Shown one piece after another: positions 40,386-49,508 of a stretch of 64,000 bases of DNA. How positions within the stretch are numbered: position 1 is the stretch's first letter; each line of letters starts with the position of its first letter. The position numbers were made by a program, and so were the translations under genes. The DNA is taken from NCBI GenBank assembly GCA_963829525.1, contig CAWHIJ010000003.1, positions 608,001-672,000 on the forward strand, given 5' to 3'. A model generated the notes under the pieces. The model was not told where the DNA came from and ran no database searches. It saw only the letters and a list, made by a program, of their open reading frames with translations. Source of the stretch: an uncultured Actinomycetota bacterium. GTDB taxonomy: Bacteria; Actinomycetota; Actinomycetes; JAHEKZ01.

Positions 40386-42904
40386 CAGGAGAGAATCCGC
40401 TCATTCTTGGGGTCGAACAGGGGCGTGGCCCCAGCGACGGCAACGGTCACCGGGTAGTGCTCGCCGAGGTACTCGACGACGAGCTTGGTGCCTTCGACGG
40501 CGTACTCCGGCGGCAGGTAGCTCATCAGCACGTGCTTGCCTATCGACGGTGCTGAGCCGGCGCTGGTGACGAACGAACGACGTCCGTGTGCGTCGGTGAT
40601 CGGCTGCTTGTCGGGTGTGAGGATCGGCTCCTTGCCCATCATGTACCGCTTCGCGCCGGTGCTGCTCGTGTGGTCGTCGACCGTGAGCGAGCACAGCTTG
40701 GCTACCGGGTCTTCATCGCGGTGCTTGAGGTGCGCCGTCTTACCGATGAAGTCAGCCGCCTTGATCTTTGGTGGCGCCATGCCGGCCTCGACCACATTGA
40801 ACTCGGTCTCGAGCTCGGTACCGAACGCGCGGTAGCCCTTCTCGATGCGACCGGTCGTGCCGTAAACACCGATGCCGACGGGGATCAGGCCGTGTTCCTG
40901 TCCGGCGTTCCAGAGTGCGTCCCACAGTTGGGCGCCCTGTTCCATCGGGACGTAGAGCTCCCAACCGAGGTCGCCGACGTAAGAGATGCGCGACGCCAGA
41001 ACCTTCAACGGTCCGATCTCGATCGTCCTGCAAGTGCCGAACTTGAAGCCCTCGTTCGAGACGTCGTCGCCGGTGATGGATTCCAGGATCGTGCGTGCGT
41101 TCGGGCCCCAGATGCCGAGGGTGGTGAGTGACGAGGTGAGATCGGTGATCTGTGCGGTGCCGTCAGCGGGCAGGTGGTCTCCGAACCACTTGAGGTCGGC
41201 CATCCCGTGTGCGCCGCCAGTGACGACCCGGAAGTGATCGTGTGCGAGGCGCATCACCGTGAGGTCGGACTTGAACCCGCCATTGGCTGACAGAACGGGT
41301 GTGTAGACCACACGGCCGACTGGCACGTCCATCTGCCGCATGCAGACGCCCTGCAAGGCATCGAGCGCACCTGGCCCCTGGATGTCGAACTCGACGAACG
41401 CGGTGAGGTCTACCAGGCCGGCAGTCTCGCGCATCTGCAAGTGCTCGGCGTTGATGATCGGCGACCACCACCGTGACTCCCACTCCGCCGTGCGAGGCAT
41501 GACGGCGTCACCGAACTTATCGACTAGACCAGCGTTGCTCTCGTACCAGAACGCACGTTCCCAACCCGCGGTTTCGTAGAACTCCGCGCCGAGTGCCTTC
41601 TGACGCTCGTAGTACGGCGACAGTCGAACGTTGCGGTTGGACGCCCACTGCTCGTTCGGGTGCACGATTCCGTAGGTCTTGTTGAAGCCCTCGGCGGTGC
41701 GCTCCTTGATGTGCTTGCGCGTCTTCTGGTGGTCGTAGAAGCGGGCGATGTCGGACGCCTGGAGGTCGATCTCGGAGTCGCCGAGCACCATCCACTCCGA
41801 CACCGCCTTGCCGATGCCGGGGCCCTCCTTGATCCAGACTGCTGAGACCGACCAGAGGTTCTTCACCTCGGGAGTTTCACCGAGCAGTGGCATGCCGTCG
41901 GGCGTCAATGAGAGCAGGCCGTTGATGGCGTACTTCTGGCCGACCGTTTCGTCGCCGACGATTTCGGGCATCAACTCGAGCGCCTGCTCGTACTGCAGCT
42001 CGAAGTCTTCGGCAGTGAACGGGAACTCGGTGGGGGACAGCTGGGCCTCTTCAACCGAGGGGAGCTCCTCCGGGTCGTGCAAGATCGCGCGGTGTGCGTA
42101 CGAGCCGATCTCAAGACCGTTGCCGTGCTGGCGCTCGTACATGTTGGTGTCCATGTCGCGCACGATCGGGTGCTCGATGTCTCCCTTGGCATCGGCGAAG
42201 CGCGGTACTGGGCCGACGTCGATCATCTGGTGGACGGCGGGAGTCAGCGGGATCGACGCTCCAGCCATCTTGGCCAGGCGCGGTCCCCACAGGCCAGTCG
42301 CGATGACGACGTACTCGGCATCGATGGTTCCCTTGTCAGTCTCGACCGCCTTGATCTGGCCGTCCTCGACGACCATGCCGGTGACCTCTGTGTTGGCAAA
42401 GGTCTGCAGCGCCCCCATGTCCCGAGCCTTCTCGCGCATGATGGTGCCGGCGCGCAGCGAGTCGACGACGCCGACGCCCGGTGTGTAGAAGCCACCGAGA
42501 ATGACGTCGGGGTCCATGTAGGGGACGAGTTCGACGCACTCTGCCGGTGTGAGCATCCGGCAGCCGTCGATGCCGAAGGACTTCGCCGACTGCATGCGGC
42601 GCCACAGCTCCTGCATGCGCTCCTCGGTGCGGGCTACCTCGATGCCTCCGCACTCGGTGAAGACGCCCATCTCTTTGTACTGACGGACGCTGTCGAACGT
42701 CAGCAGAGCCATCTCTTTGGCGTGGTCCACCGGGAAGATGAAGTTCGATGCGTGGCCGGTGGAACCACCCGGGTTGGGCAGCGGACCCTTGTCGATCTGC
42801 ACGAGGTCGGTCCAGCCGAGGCGGGCCAGGTGGTATGCCATCGAGTTGCCGACGATGCCAGCACCGATGATGACGGCCTTCGCCTGCGAGGGGAGGGTGC
42901 TCAT
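40385..42904 (-). CDS. Dimethylglycine dehydrogenase/oxidase-like flavoprotein (DAO + GcvT domains)
   Basis: IIGAGIVG, GGSTGHA (His at the covalent FAD site), TPDG.PLLG, GWER, SYVGDLGWE and RIEKGY; coupled to etfB. Confidence 0.9.
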   Translation of the reverse strand: MSTLPSQAKAVIIGAGIVGNSMAYHLARLGWTDLVQIDKGPLPNPGGSTGHASNFIFPVDHAKEMALLTFDSVRQYKEMGVFTECGGIEVARTEERMQELWRRMQSAKSFGIDGCRMLTPAECVELVPYMDPDVILGGFYTPGVGVVDSLRAGTIMREKARDMGALQTFANTEVTGMVVEDGQIKAVETDKGTIDAEYVVIATGLWGPRLAKMAGASIPLTPAVHQMIDVGPVPRFADAKGDIEHPIVRDMDTNMYERQHGNGLEIGSYAHRAILHDPEELPSVEEAQLSPTEFPFTAEDFELQYEQALELMPEIVGDETVGQKYAINGLLSLTPDGMPLLGETPEVKNLWSVSAVWIKEGPGIGKAVSEWMVLGDSEIDLQASDIARFYDHQKTRKHIKERTAEGFNKTYGIVHPNEQWASNRNVRLSPYYERQKALGAEFYETAGWERAFWYESNAGLVDKFGDAVMPRTAEWESRWWSPIINAEHLQMRETAGLVDLTAFVEFDIQGPGALDALQGVCMRQMDVPVGRVVYTPVLSANGGFKSDLTVMRLAHDHFRVVTGGAHGMADLKWFGDHLPADGTAQITDLTSSLTTLGIWGPNARTILESITGDDVSNEGFKFGTCRTIEIGPLKVLASRISYVGDLGWELYVPMEQGAQLWDALWNAGQEHGLIPVGIGVYGTTGRIEKGYRAFGTELETEFNVVEAGMAPPKIKAADFIGKTAHLKHRDEDPVAKLCSLTVDDHTSSTGAKRYMMGKEPILTPDKQPITDAHGRRSFVTSAGSAPSIGKHVLMSYLPPEYAVEGTKLVVEYLGEHYPVTVAVAGATPLFDPKNERILS

Positions 42905-42954
42905 GGCTTCCCTTTCGTTTCGTTCTTCTGCGATGTGGAGATGGACGGGTCTGA

Positions 42955-43617
42955 CTACAACGACCGGCGGATCGACCCTTCGAATCCGTCGACGTGGGTG
43001 TGCATGGTGGACGCGGCACGATCGGCGTCCCCGTCGCGGATGGCTTCAAGGATGGCGCGGTGCTCGAGGACAGCGTCCTCGAGGTGGCTGACCTTGTCGA
43101 GAGCCAGGAACCAAATGCGAAGCGCGTGCATGTAGTGCTCGTCGAGCACCGACTCCAGGAAGCTGTTGTGCGCAGCCCGGTAGACGAATCGGTGGATGCG
43201 CTGGTCGATCTCGATGAGTCGGCGTCCGGCTGGCTTGACGCTGACCGCGTCGAGCTCGTCGAAGAGGGCCTCCATCTCGACCCGGTCGCCGTCGGTCAGT
43301 CGCTGGGCGGCCAGCTGGGCGGCGAACGGCTCGAGCACGCACCGGACTTCGGAGAGCGAAGCGAGGTCGCGGGCGTCAGCCGGCGCAACAAACATGCCGC
43401 GGCGCGGGTAGACCTCGACGAGCTTGGCCTGGGCCAACGCCCGAAGTGCCTCACGAATCGGGGTGCGGCCGAGTCCGAGTCGGTCCATCAGCTCAGGTTC
43501 GTCGACCAGGCTGCCCGGGGGGAGCTCCAGGGTGACGATCAGCTCGCGCAGCGCGTAGTACGCCTGCTCAGACTGCGAGCGGGCGTCGGGCTGAAGGATC
43601 TCGACCGGGGAGGTCAC
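42955..43617 (-). CDS. GntR (FCD) family regulator
   Basis: AYYALRELI, GLGRTPIREAL and EHRAIL. Confidence 0.93.
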   Translation of the reverse strand: MTSPVEILQPDARSQSEQAYYALRELIVTLELPPGSLVDEPELMDRLGLGRTPIREALRALAQAKLVEVYPRRGMFVAPADARDLASLSEVRCVLEPFAAQLAAQRLTDGDRVEMEALFDELDAVSVKPAGRRLIEIDQRIHRFVYRAAHNSFLESVLDEHYMHALRIWFLALDKVSHLEDAVLEHRAILEAIRDGDADRAASTMHTHVDGFEGSIRRSL

Positions 43618-43979
43618 AAGAAAGATATATCAAGCAGGCTGCCCTGTGTATACCCCTGAGGGTGACCGTTCCACCCTGTGCAACGCCCGTCGGGCCGTCA
43701 CCCCCTGCTCGCCGGTTCCCTGAACGTTCCGACGGTCACGGGGTGGGGTACATCGGCGGTTTGGTCCCATGGTCAGGCAGTGAACCGGCCCGCGTCCCCG
43801 CATGTGCGTCAGGCGGACGAGGTCAACATGGAGTGGGAGCGCCGTTACCGCGCTTGCGATCCTGGCGCCGTTTCGCCATGGACGTAGCAGTCCCACCTTG
43901 CCTGGAGGGAGCCGGACGTTCACCAGGTGCGCACTCGGCAGGCAAGACCGTCATTGGGGTGCGCACTCGAGGGGCTCTG

Positions 43980-44843
43980 TCAGGCCTTCGCTGCGGCTTC
44001 CTTGGCACGGTGCTGCTGGATCCAGGCCGCGCCCCACTCGTCGTGACCGAGCATGAGGTCAGCCCCCTTGACTGCGGTCACGACCTGCGGAGTGCGGGCG
44101 TCCATGATGGCGCTGGTCAGACCAGCGCGCATCGCCATCGGGATGAAGACAGCGTTCAGCGTGTGACGGTCGGGCATCCCGAAGGACACGTTCGACGCGC
44201 CGAGCGTCATGTTCACACCAATCTGGTCGCGAATCATGCTGATGGCCTCCATGGTGCGGTCGGCGTGCAGCGAGTCTGCGCCGATCGGCATCGCCAGCGG
44301 GTCGATGACGATGTCCTCGAGCGGGATGCCGTACTTCGTCGTCGCGAGGTCGACGAACTTCTTGGTCAGCTCGACGCGGCGGTCGGGGTCGATCGGTATC
44401 TCGAACTCGTCGTTGGGCAGCGCGATAATCGCGGCGTTGTGACGCTTGACCAGCGGCAGGATGAGGTCCATGCGCTCGTCCTCGACCGTCACCGAGTTCA
44501 CCAGCGCCTTGCCTTCATAGGCGCCAAGGCCAGCCTCGAGGGCCTCGACGACCGACGAGTCGATGCAGAGTGGCATGTCGGTGAGCGACTGCACCAGCTT
44601 GACCGCCTTGGCCAGCAGCTCGGCCTCGTCGGTCAGCGGAACGCCCATGTTGACGTCGAGCACCATGGCGCCGCCGGCAACCTGGGCGGCGACGTCGGTC
44701 TCGATGGCCGACAGGTCACCGGCCCGCAGCTGCTCCTGGAACGCTTTGCGTCCGGTCGGGTTGATGCGCTCGCCGATGATGCAGAACGGCTGGTCGTCAC
44801 CGATGATGACCTGCTTGCTCGCCGAGCTGAGAACCGTGTGCAT
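43980..44843 (-). CDS. Pterin-binding methyltransferase (methylcorrinoid:tetrahydrofolate, MtgA/AcsE-like)
   Basis: IIGERINPTG, LDVNMG, CIDSS, VNS, IDPL and GASNVSFG.P.R. Confidence 0.88.
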   Translation of the reverse strand: MHTVLSSASKQVIIGDDQPFCIIGERINPTGRKAFQEQLRAGDLSAIETDVAAQVAGGAMVLDVNMGVPLTDEAELLAKAVKLVQSLTDMPLCIDSSVVEALEAGLGAYEGKALVNSVTVEDERMDLILPLVKRHNAAIIALPNDEFEIPIDPDRRVELTKKFVDLATTKYGIPLEDIVIDPLAMPIGADSLHADRTMEAISMIRDQIGVNMTLGASNVSFGMPDRHTLNAVFIPMAMRAGLTSAIMDARTPQVVTAVKGADLMLGHDEWGAAWIQQHRAKEAAAKA

Positions 44844-44902
44844 GCTGCTCCTGTTTCTGTGGTGGGCAGTCGCCGACGCGACTCCCGTATCGTGCCGCGA
44901 AC

Positions 44903-45361
44903 TTACGGCCGCGGCGAGTGGAACGGTGTCTGGAAGGGCCCCTCGTACTCAACGAGCGAGAGCTCGGGGTTGACTTCGTCAGCGGTGGCCAGGGACTTGC
45001 CCTGCCAGCCCGCCGGGGTCTCGCGGTCGCGCCCGGTGAGGAGGTTGGTCCAGGACGCTTCCCCCTCAAGCTGGTTGTTGACCGGAGGTCGCAGCTCGTG
45101 GATGTGCTCGCGCCAGGACTTCGGAATCAACGGGAGTGTGCGGCTGCGTTCCTCGGCCTTGACCCAGACACAGCGCATCTCAGGGACGACCTCGCAGTGG
45201 CCGTTCTCCCGCACGCCGCCGCAGGGCCCGTTGCGAAGCGTCTTGGGACAGGTCATCGGACATGTCATGCCGGTGGAGTGCAGGACACACTGGCCGCACA
45301 TGCGGCAGTCCCACACGGGTCCCTTGACCGCGTGCTCGATGATGGGCAGGAGTTTGGGCAT
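44903..45361 (-). CDS. MTHFR C-terminal (MetV-like) Cys-rich protein
   Basis: CRMCGQC..CPMTCPK.LRNGPCGG..CE..C.W. Confidence 0.88.
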   Translation of the reverse strand: MPKLLPIIEHAVKGPVWDCRMCGQCVLHSTGMTCPMTCPKTLRNGPCGGVRENGHCEVVPEMRCVWVKAEERSRTLPLIPKSWREHIHELRPPVNNQLEGEASWTNLLTGRDRETPAGWQGKSLATADEVNPELSLVEYEGPFQTPFHSPRP

Positions 45362-45365
45362 GTGA

Positions 45366-46031
45366 TCAGGCCCTGGTCAGGGCGCGTCGCTTCTCGAGGA
45401 GTTCTTTGGCGCGGCGGACGGCGGTGGAGGCGTCAGCGGCGTACCCGTCAGCACCGACGGCGTCGGCGTACTCCTGGGTCACCGGGGCACCCCCCACCAT
45501 CACGATCACCTTGTCCCGCAACCCAGCCTTCTCCAACGCGTTGATGTTCGCCTTGAACATCGGCATCGTCGTGGTCAAGAACGCACTGAACCCGACAATG
45601 TCGGGGTTGTGCTCCTCGATCGCGGCAACGAACTTCTCCGGAGCCACCTGCACCCCCAGATCAATCACCTCAAACCCAGCACCCTCCAACATGATGTTGA
45701 CCAAGTTCTTCCCAATGTCATGCACATCACCCTTGACCGTGCCCATCAAGAACTTGCCCACCGTCTCAGCACCAGTAGCAGCCAACAACGGCCGCAACAC
45801 CTCCAACGCCCCCGACATCGCCCGACCAGCGATCAACATCTCCGGAACGAAGAAGTCACCCCGCTCAAACCGGGCCCCCACCTCCTCCAACGACGGAATC
45901 AACGCCTCGAACAACAACGTCTCCGGACCCATCCCCATCCCAAGACCGGCATTGGTCAGCTCCAACACCGCAGGAGCATTGCCCACCAACGTCTCATCAA
46001 ACAAGCCCTTCAAAATCTCCTCAGGCGTCAT
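45366..46031 (-). CDS. Corrinoid (cobalamin-binding) protein of a methyltransferase system
   Basis: Cap domain FVPEML, DxHxxG motif GDVHDIGKN, SAFLTTT, VGGAPV and GADGY. Confidence 0.95.
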   Translation of the reverse strand: MTPEEILKGLFDETLVGNAPAVLELTNAGLGMGMGPETLLFEALIPSLEEVGARFERGDFFVPEMLIAGRAMSGALEVLRPLLAATGAETVGKFLMGTVKGDVHDIGKNLVNIMLEGAGFEVIDLGVQVAPEKFVAAIEEHNPDIVGFSAFLTTTMPMFKANINALEKAGLRDKVIVMVGGAPVTQEYADAVGADGYAADASTAVRRAKELLEKRRALTRA

Positions 46032-46804
46032 GCCACACCCACCTTCCGGTTGCGGGGACGTTCGGCGGGATCGAGTGCGCGAGAAATGGCCCGCGTCTCA
46101 GCGATGAGAAGCCGTCCGACTCCGGCGATGCGGTTGCCCGTGAGCCGCACTGAAGGGCCGGTGACGGAGACGGCGGCGACGACGGTGCCGTCGGCATCGG
46201 TGATCGGCGCGGCGACCGCGACCAGGCCCGGCTCGAGTTCGTTGTCACTGACGGCAAACCCTCTGCGCCGTACTCCCTCGAGATCGTCTTCGAGGCGTTC
46301 GCGGGTGATCAGGGTGCGGTCGGTGCGTCGATCCAGACGCCCCCGCGGCATTTGGACGGCCCCGTAGGCCAAGAAGACTTTGCCAAGCGCCGAACAGTGG
46401 AACGGAACGTCGCGACCCACCCAGTTGACGGCGCCCAACAGGAAGCGTGAGTCGACCTGGGCAATCTGGTCGACGGCTGTTGGACCCGGAACAGCCAGGT
46501 TGACGGTCTCGCCGGTCAGCTCTCCGAGTCGAGTCAGGTGCGGCTGGGCGAGGCGGAGCAGGGCGTCAGCGCGTCCCGATCCGGCGTACCGCGCCAGGAC
46601 TGGACCGGGCCGGACGGAGGAGTCGCTGCCCCGGCGGACCAGCCCGTGTCGCTCGAGACTGGTGAGGATGCGCGACGCGGTGCTCTTGGGCAGCTCTGCT
46701 GCTGCAGCGAGCTCGGCGAATGGCACGGGGCGGTCGGACTGCAGGACGGTCACCAGCAGGGTCGACGCACGGTCGACTGCCTGTGTACCGGTGGGAGGAG
46801 GCAT
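46028..46804 (-). CDS. IclR family regulator
   Basis: QAVDRA..LL, LPKSTASRIL, GETVNL, HCSALGK and AVAAP. Confidence 0.93.
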   Translation of the reverse strand: MPPPTGTQAVDRASTLLVTVLQSDRPVPFAELAAAAELPKSTASRILTSLERHGLVRRGSDSSVRPGPVLARYAGSGRADALLRLAQPHLTRLGELTGETVNLAVPGPTAVDQIAQVDSRFLLGAVNWVGRDVPFHCSALGKVFLAYGAVQMPRGRLDRRTDRTLITRERLEDDLEGVRRRGFAVSDNELEPGLVAVAAPITDADGTVVAAVSVTGPSVRLTGNRIAGVGRLLIAETRAISRALDPAERPRNRKVGVA

Positions 46805-46852
46805 GGAGTTCCTGTTCTCGGTCTGCCGGTGCTGCGAGACGGGTGTGGGCAA

Positions 46853-46891
46853 TGGAACATCGAGTTCTACTATGTGGAACTCAGATTCCAC
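46853..46891. promoter_or_regulatory. Overlapping palindromes, probable IclR operator between divergent iclR and the MttB-family gene
   Basis: GAGTTCTAC-TAT-GTGGAACTC (46862-46882) and GTGGAA-CTCAGA-TTCCAC (46874-46891). Confidence 0.65.
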
Positions 46892-46980
46892 GTTGCGATA
46901 GTAGGATTTCGAATCCGGGCGGTCAAGGGATCGCGCCGACTTCCCCCGTTCAGTGGGATTTGAGTTCGAAAGGTGCGCCG

Positions 46981-48420
46981 ATGTTCGTCAACCGCATGCC
47001 GCGTTACGAGATCCTGTCTGAGGCCTCGATGGCCACGTTGGATCGCGGGTGGCGACGGATCGTGAGCGAGATCGGGATCGAGTTCTTAAAGCCCGAGGCC
47101 CTCGACCTCTTCCGTGATGCCGGGCAGAAAGTCGAGGGCGACAACGTCTTCTTCGACCCCGACTGGGTGTTGGCGCAGGTCGCGAAAGCGCCGAGAGAGT
47201 TCGACATCCAAGCGCGTAACCCCGCGAACAACGTTCACATCGGCGGAGACCACATGGTGTTCTCCAGCGTCTACGGTCCGCCGTTCGTTCGAGACGGTGA
47301 TGTTCGCCGCGAAGGAACCCTGGAGGACTACCGCAACTTTGCGAAGCTGGCTCAGTCGTTTAACGCGATCGACAGCGTCGGCGGTGTGGTAGCCGAACCC
47401 AACGACACCCCACTCGACTCACGCCACCTGGACATGCTCTACGCGACGCTGACGCTCACCGACAAGATGTACATGGGCAACGTGGTGAGCGGCGTCAACG
47501 CCCGCGACACGATCGCCATGGGCGAGATCGTCTTCGGCGGCCGCGATTCGATTGAACAGACGCCGGCGAGCATCTCGCTGATCAACTGCAACTCACCCTT
47601 GCGGTGGGATGACCGCATGTTGGATGCGCAGTTCGAGTACTCGGCGGCAAACCAGCCTGTTGTGTTGACTCCGTTCCTTCTCATGGGCGCTATGTCCCCG
47701 GTCACGATCCCTTCGGCCCTGGCTCAGCAGATCGCGGAAGCGTTGACTGGTATTGCGCTCTCGCAACTGATCCGACCTGGTTCGCCTGTCGTCTTCGGGT
47801 CGTTCCTCTCCAACATCGACATGCAGTCAGGTTCCCCGCAGTTCGGGACGCCGGAGTCGGCCATGGGCCTGCTCTGCACCGGCCAGATCGCCCGACACTT
47901 TGGGCTGCCCTTCCGTGGCGGCGGCGGCCTCAACTCTTCACAGGTGCCGGATGCTCAGGCTGCCTGGGAGTCGCTGATGACGATGATGCCGACGTTCCTG
48001 TCCGGCACGAACTTCGTGATGCACACCGCTGGCTGGCTCGAGGGTGGCCTGGTCTCGTGCTTCGAGAAATACGTCATGGACGTGCAGGTGCTCGAGATCC
48101 TGCAGAAGGAGTTCACTCCGCTCGAGATCACCGATGAAGACCTCGCGTTCGACGCGCACCAAGAGGTCGGGCACGGGGGCCACTTCCTTGGCGCGATGCA
48201 CACGATGGAACGGTTCCGCACCTGCTTCTACCGACCGTGGCTGTCCACGTCGGACAACTTCGAGCGCTGGAGCCGCAACGGCTCAAAGGACACCGCCGCC
48301 AGAGCAACTGAGATCTACCACCAGAAGATCGAGGAGTACGAGCAGCCGCCTCTCGACGAGTCGATTCGACAAGAGCTTGAGGACTACGTCATCCGGCGCC
48401 GTTCCGAGCTTGGCGACTGA
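46981..48420 (+). CDS. Non-pyrrolysine trimethylamine methyltransferase (MttB) family protein, probable glycine betaine:corrinoid methyltransferase
   Basis: NSPLRWD, GAMSPVT, GSP.FGTPE, DAQAAWES, HTAGWLEGG and GHFLG..HT. No in-frame TAG; RBS GAAAGG; sits in the betaine gene cluster. Confidence 0.9.
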   Translation: MFVNRMPRYEILSEASMATLDRGWRRIVSEIGIEFLKPEALDLFRDAGQKVEGDNVFFDPDWVLAQVAKAPREFDIQARNPANNVHIGGDHMVFSSVYGPPFVRDGDVRREGTLEDYRNFAKLAQSFNAIDSVGGVVAEPNDTPLDSRHLDMLYATLTLTDKMYMGNVVSGVNARDTIAMGEIVFGGRDSIEQTPASISLINCNSPLRWDDRMLDAQFEYSAANQPVVLTPFLLMGAMSPVTIPSALAQQIAEALTGIALSQLIRPGSPVVFGSFLSNIDMQSGSPQFGTPESAMGLLCTGQIARHFGLPFRGGGGLNSSQVPDAQAAWESLMTMMPTFLSGTNFVMHTAGWLEGGLVSCFEKYVMDVQVLEILQKEFTPLEITDEDLAFDAHQEVGHGGHFLGAMHTMERFRTCFYRPWLSTSDNFERWSRNGSKDTAARATEIYHQKIEEYEQPPLDESIRQELEDYVIRRRSELGD

Positions 48421-48430
48421 CCGAATCCAT

Positions 48431-48478
48431 CAACGTGAAGGGTGGCTGGGGCTATAGCCCCAGCCACCCTTCACGTTG
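48431..48478. terminator. Perfect 48-bp palindrome between convergent genes (bidirectional terminator)
   Basis: CAACGTGAAGGGTGGCTGGGGCTA|TAGCCCCAGCCACCCTTCACGTTG. Confidence 0.85.
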
Positions 48479-48490
48479 TGCTATGTCTGG

Positions 48491-49468
48491 CTAGCCGTTC
48501 AGCCAGGCGTCCACCTTGTCGGGGTTGTCATCGATCCACTGCTGCGCAGCATCTTCGGGTGCCATCCCGTCTGCAGCGATGGCCTTGGCAACGGAGTTCT
48601 GGTCGTCGTTGGTCCAGGTGAAGTTCTTGACCAGGTCAGCGGCCGGGCTCCCGGAGTTCATGAACTCAGTCGCGGCGACCTTGTTCAGTGGATAGGGCGG
48701 GTAGTCGCACGCGACCTTGGCCGGATCGGCATCGCACCCATCGGTGTAGGGGGGCAGGTCGACCTTCACCAGCGGCACCTCGGAGAGGAACCACTGCGGC
48801 TCGTAGAAGTATCCGATCAGGAACTCCTTGTTCTGCTCGGCCTTGCGGAACGCCTGGATCAAAGCGGCTTCACTACCTGCGAAGACGACCTCGAAGTTCA
48901 GACCAAGGTTCTGCACGAGGGCCTCGTCGTTGGTGACGAAGGATGGGTCGCCGTCGAGCAGCTGGCCTTTGTCGCCGGTCTCTGCCGTGGCGAAGTCACT
49001 GGCGTAGTTGTTGAGGTTTTCCCAGTTGTCGACGATGTCAGGCTTGGCCTCGGCCAACCACGGCGGGATGTACCAGCCGATGACGCCCTGGTTGCCCTGG
49101 CTGCCGACGTCTTCAGCAACACCCTGCTGGTCGATGTACTTCTTCTCGAGGTCGGGGTGGCCCCAGTTCTCGATGACGACATCAACATCACCGGTGGCAA
49201 AGCCCTGCCAGGAGATCTCCTCCTTGAGGTCCTTGTAGTTGACCGTGCATCCCAGTTTGGTTTCCGCGACCTGGCCCACGACGTAGGCGGATGCCTCGTA
49301 GCCAACCCACGGGTTGACCGCCATATTCATCTCGCCGCAGTCTGCGCCGGAGGTGCTGCCGCCACCCGCGGACTCATTGATGTCGCTACCGCCACAGGCG
49401 GCCAGCGTGAGGCCGGCGGCGACGGCGACGGCCGTCATACGTCCGGCCCGCTTCTTCGTTACACGCAC
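48491..49468 (-). CDS. proX: Glycine betaine/choline ABC transporter substrate-binding lipoprotein (ProX/OpuAC-like)
   Basis: LAAC lipobox, NPWVG, ENW, GWYIP and YFYEPQW; GAAGGAG RBS before GTG 49468. Confidence 0.88.
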   Translation of the reverse strand: MRVTKKRAGRMTAVAVAAGLTLAACGGSDINESAGGGSTSGADCGEMNMAVNPWVGYEASAYVVGQVAETKLGCTVNYKDLKEEISWQGFATGDVDVVIENWGHPDLEKKYIDQQGVAEDVGSQGNQGVIGWYIPPWLAEAKPDIVDNWENLNNYASDFATAETGDKGQLLDGDPSFVTNDEALVQNLGLNFEVVFAGSEAALIQAFRKAEQNKEFLIGYFYEPQWFLSEVPLVKVDLPPYTDGCDADPAKVACDYPPYPLNKVAATEFMNSGSPAADLVKNFTWTNDDQNSVAKAIAADGMAPEDAAQQWIDDNPDKVDAWLNG

Positions 49469-49508
49469 TTCTTCTCCTTCGGTCGGGCCGCACGGTTGCG
49501 GCGTCGGT

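Noticed and set aside
43630-43979. Cobalamin/THF/glycine riboswitch or small gene between the methyltransferase and GntR genes
   Set aside because: I could not find B12-box or other aptamer hallmarks, and the ORFs lack RBS and motifs. An Infernal scan would be needed to exclude this fully.
43662-45365. 567-aa plus-strand ORF
   Set aside because: Antisense to two well-supported genes; no recognisable domain.
45406-46367. Asn/Pro/Gln-rich plus-strand ORFs over the corrinoid gene
   Set aside because: By-products of the A/C-rich skewed strand, which depletes stop codons.
46981-48420. Pyrrolysine recoding in the MttB-family gene
   Set aside because: The frame is open with no internal TAG, and there are no pyl genes in the window.
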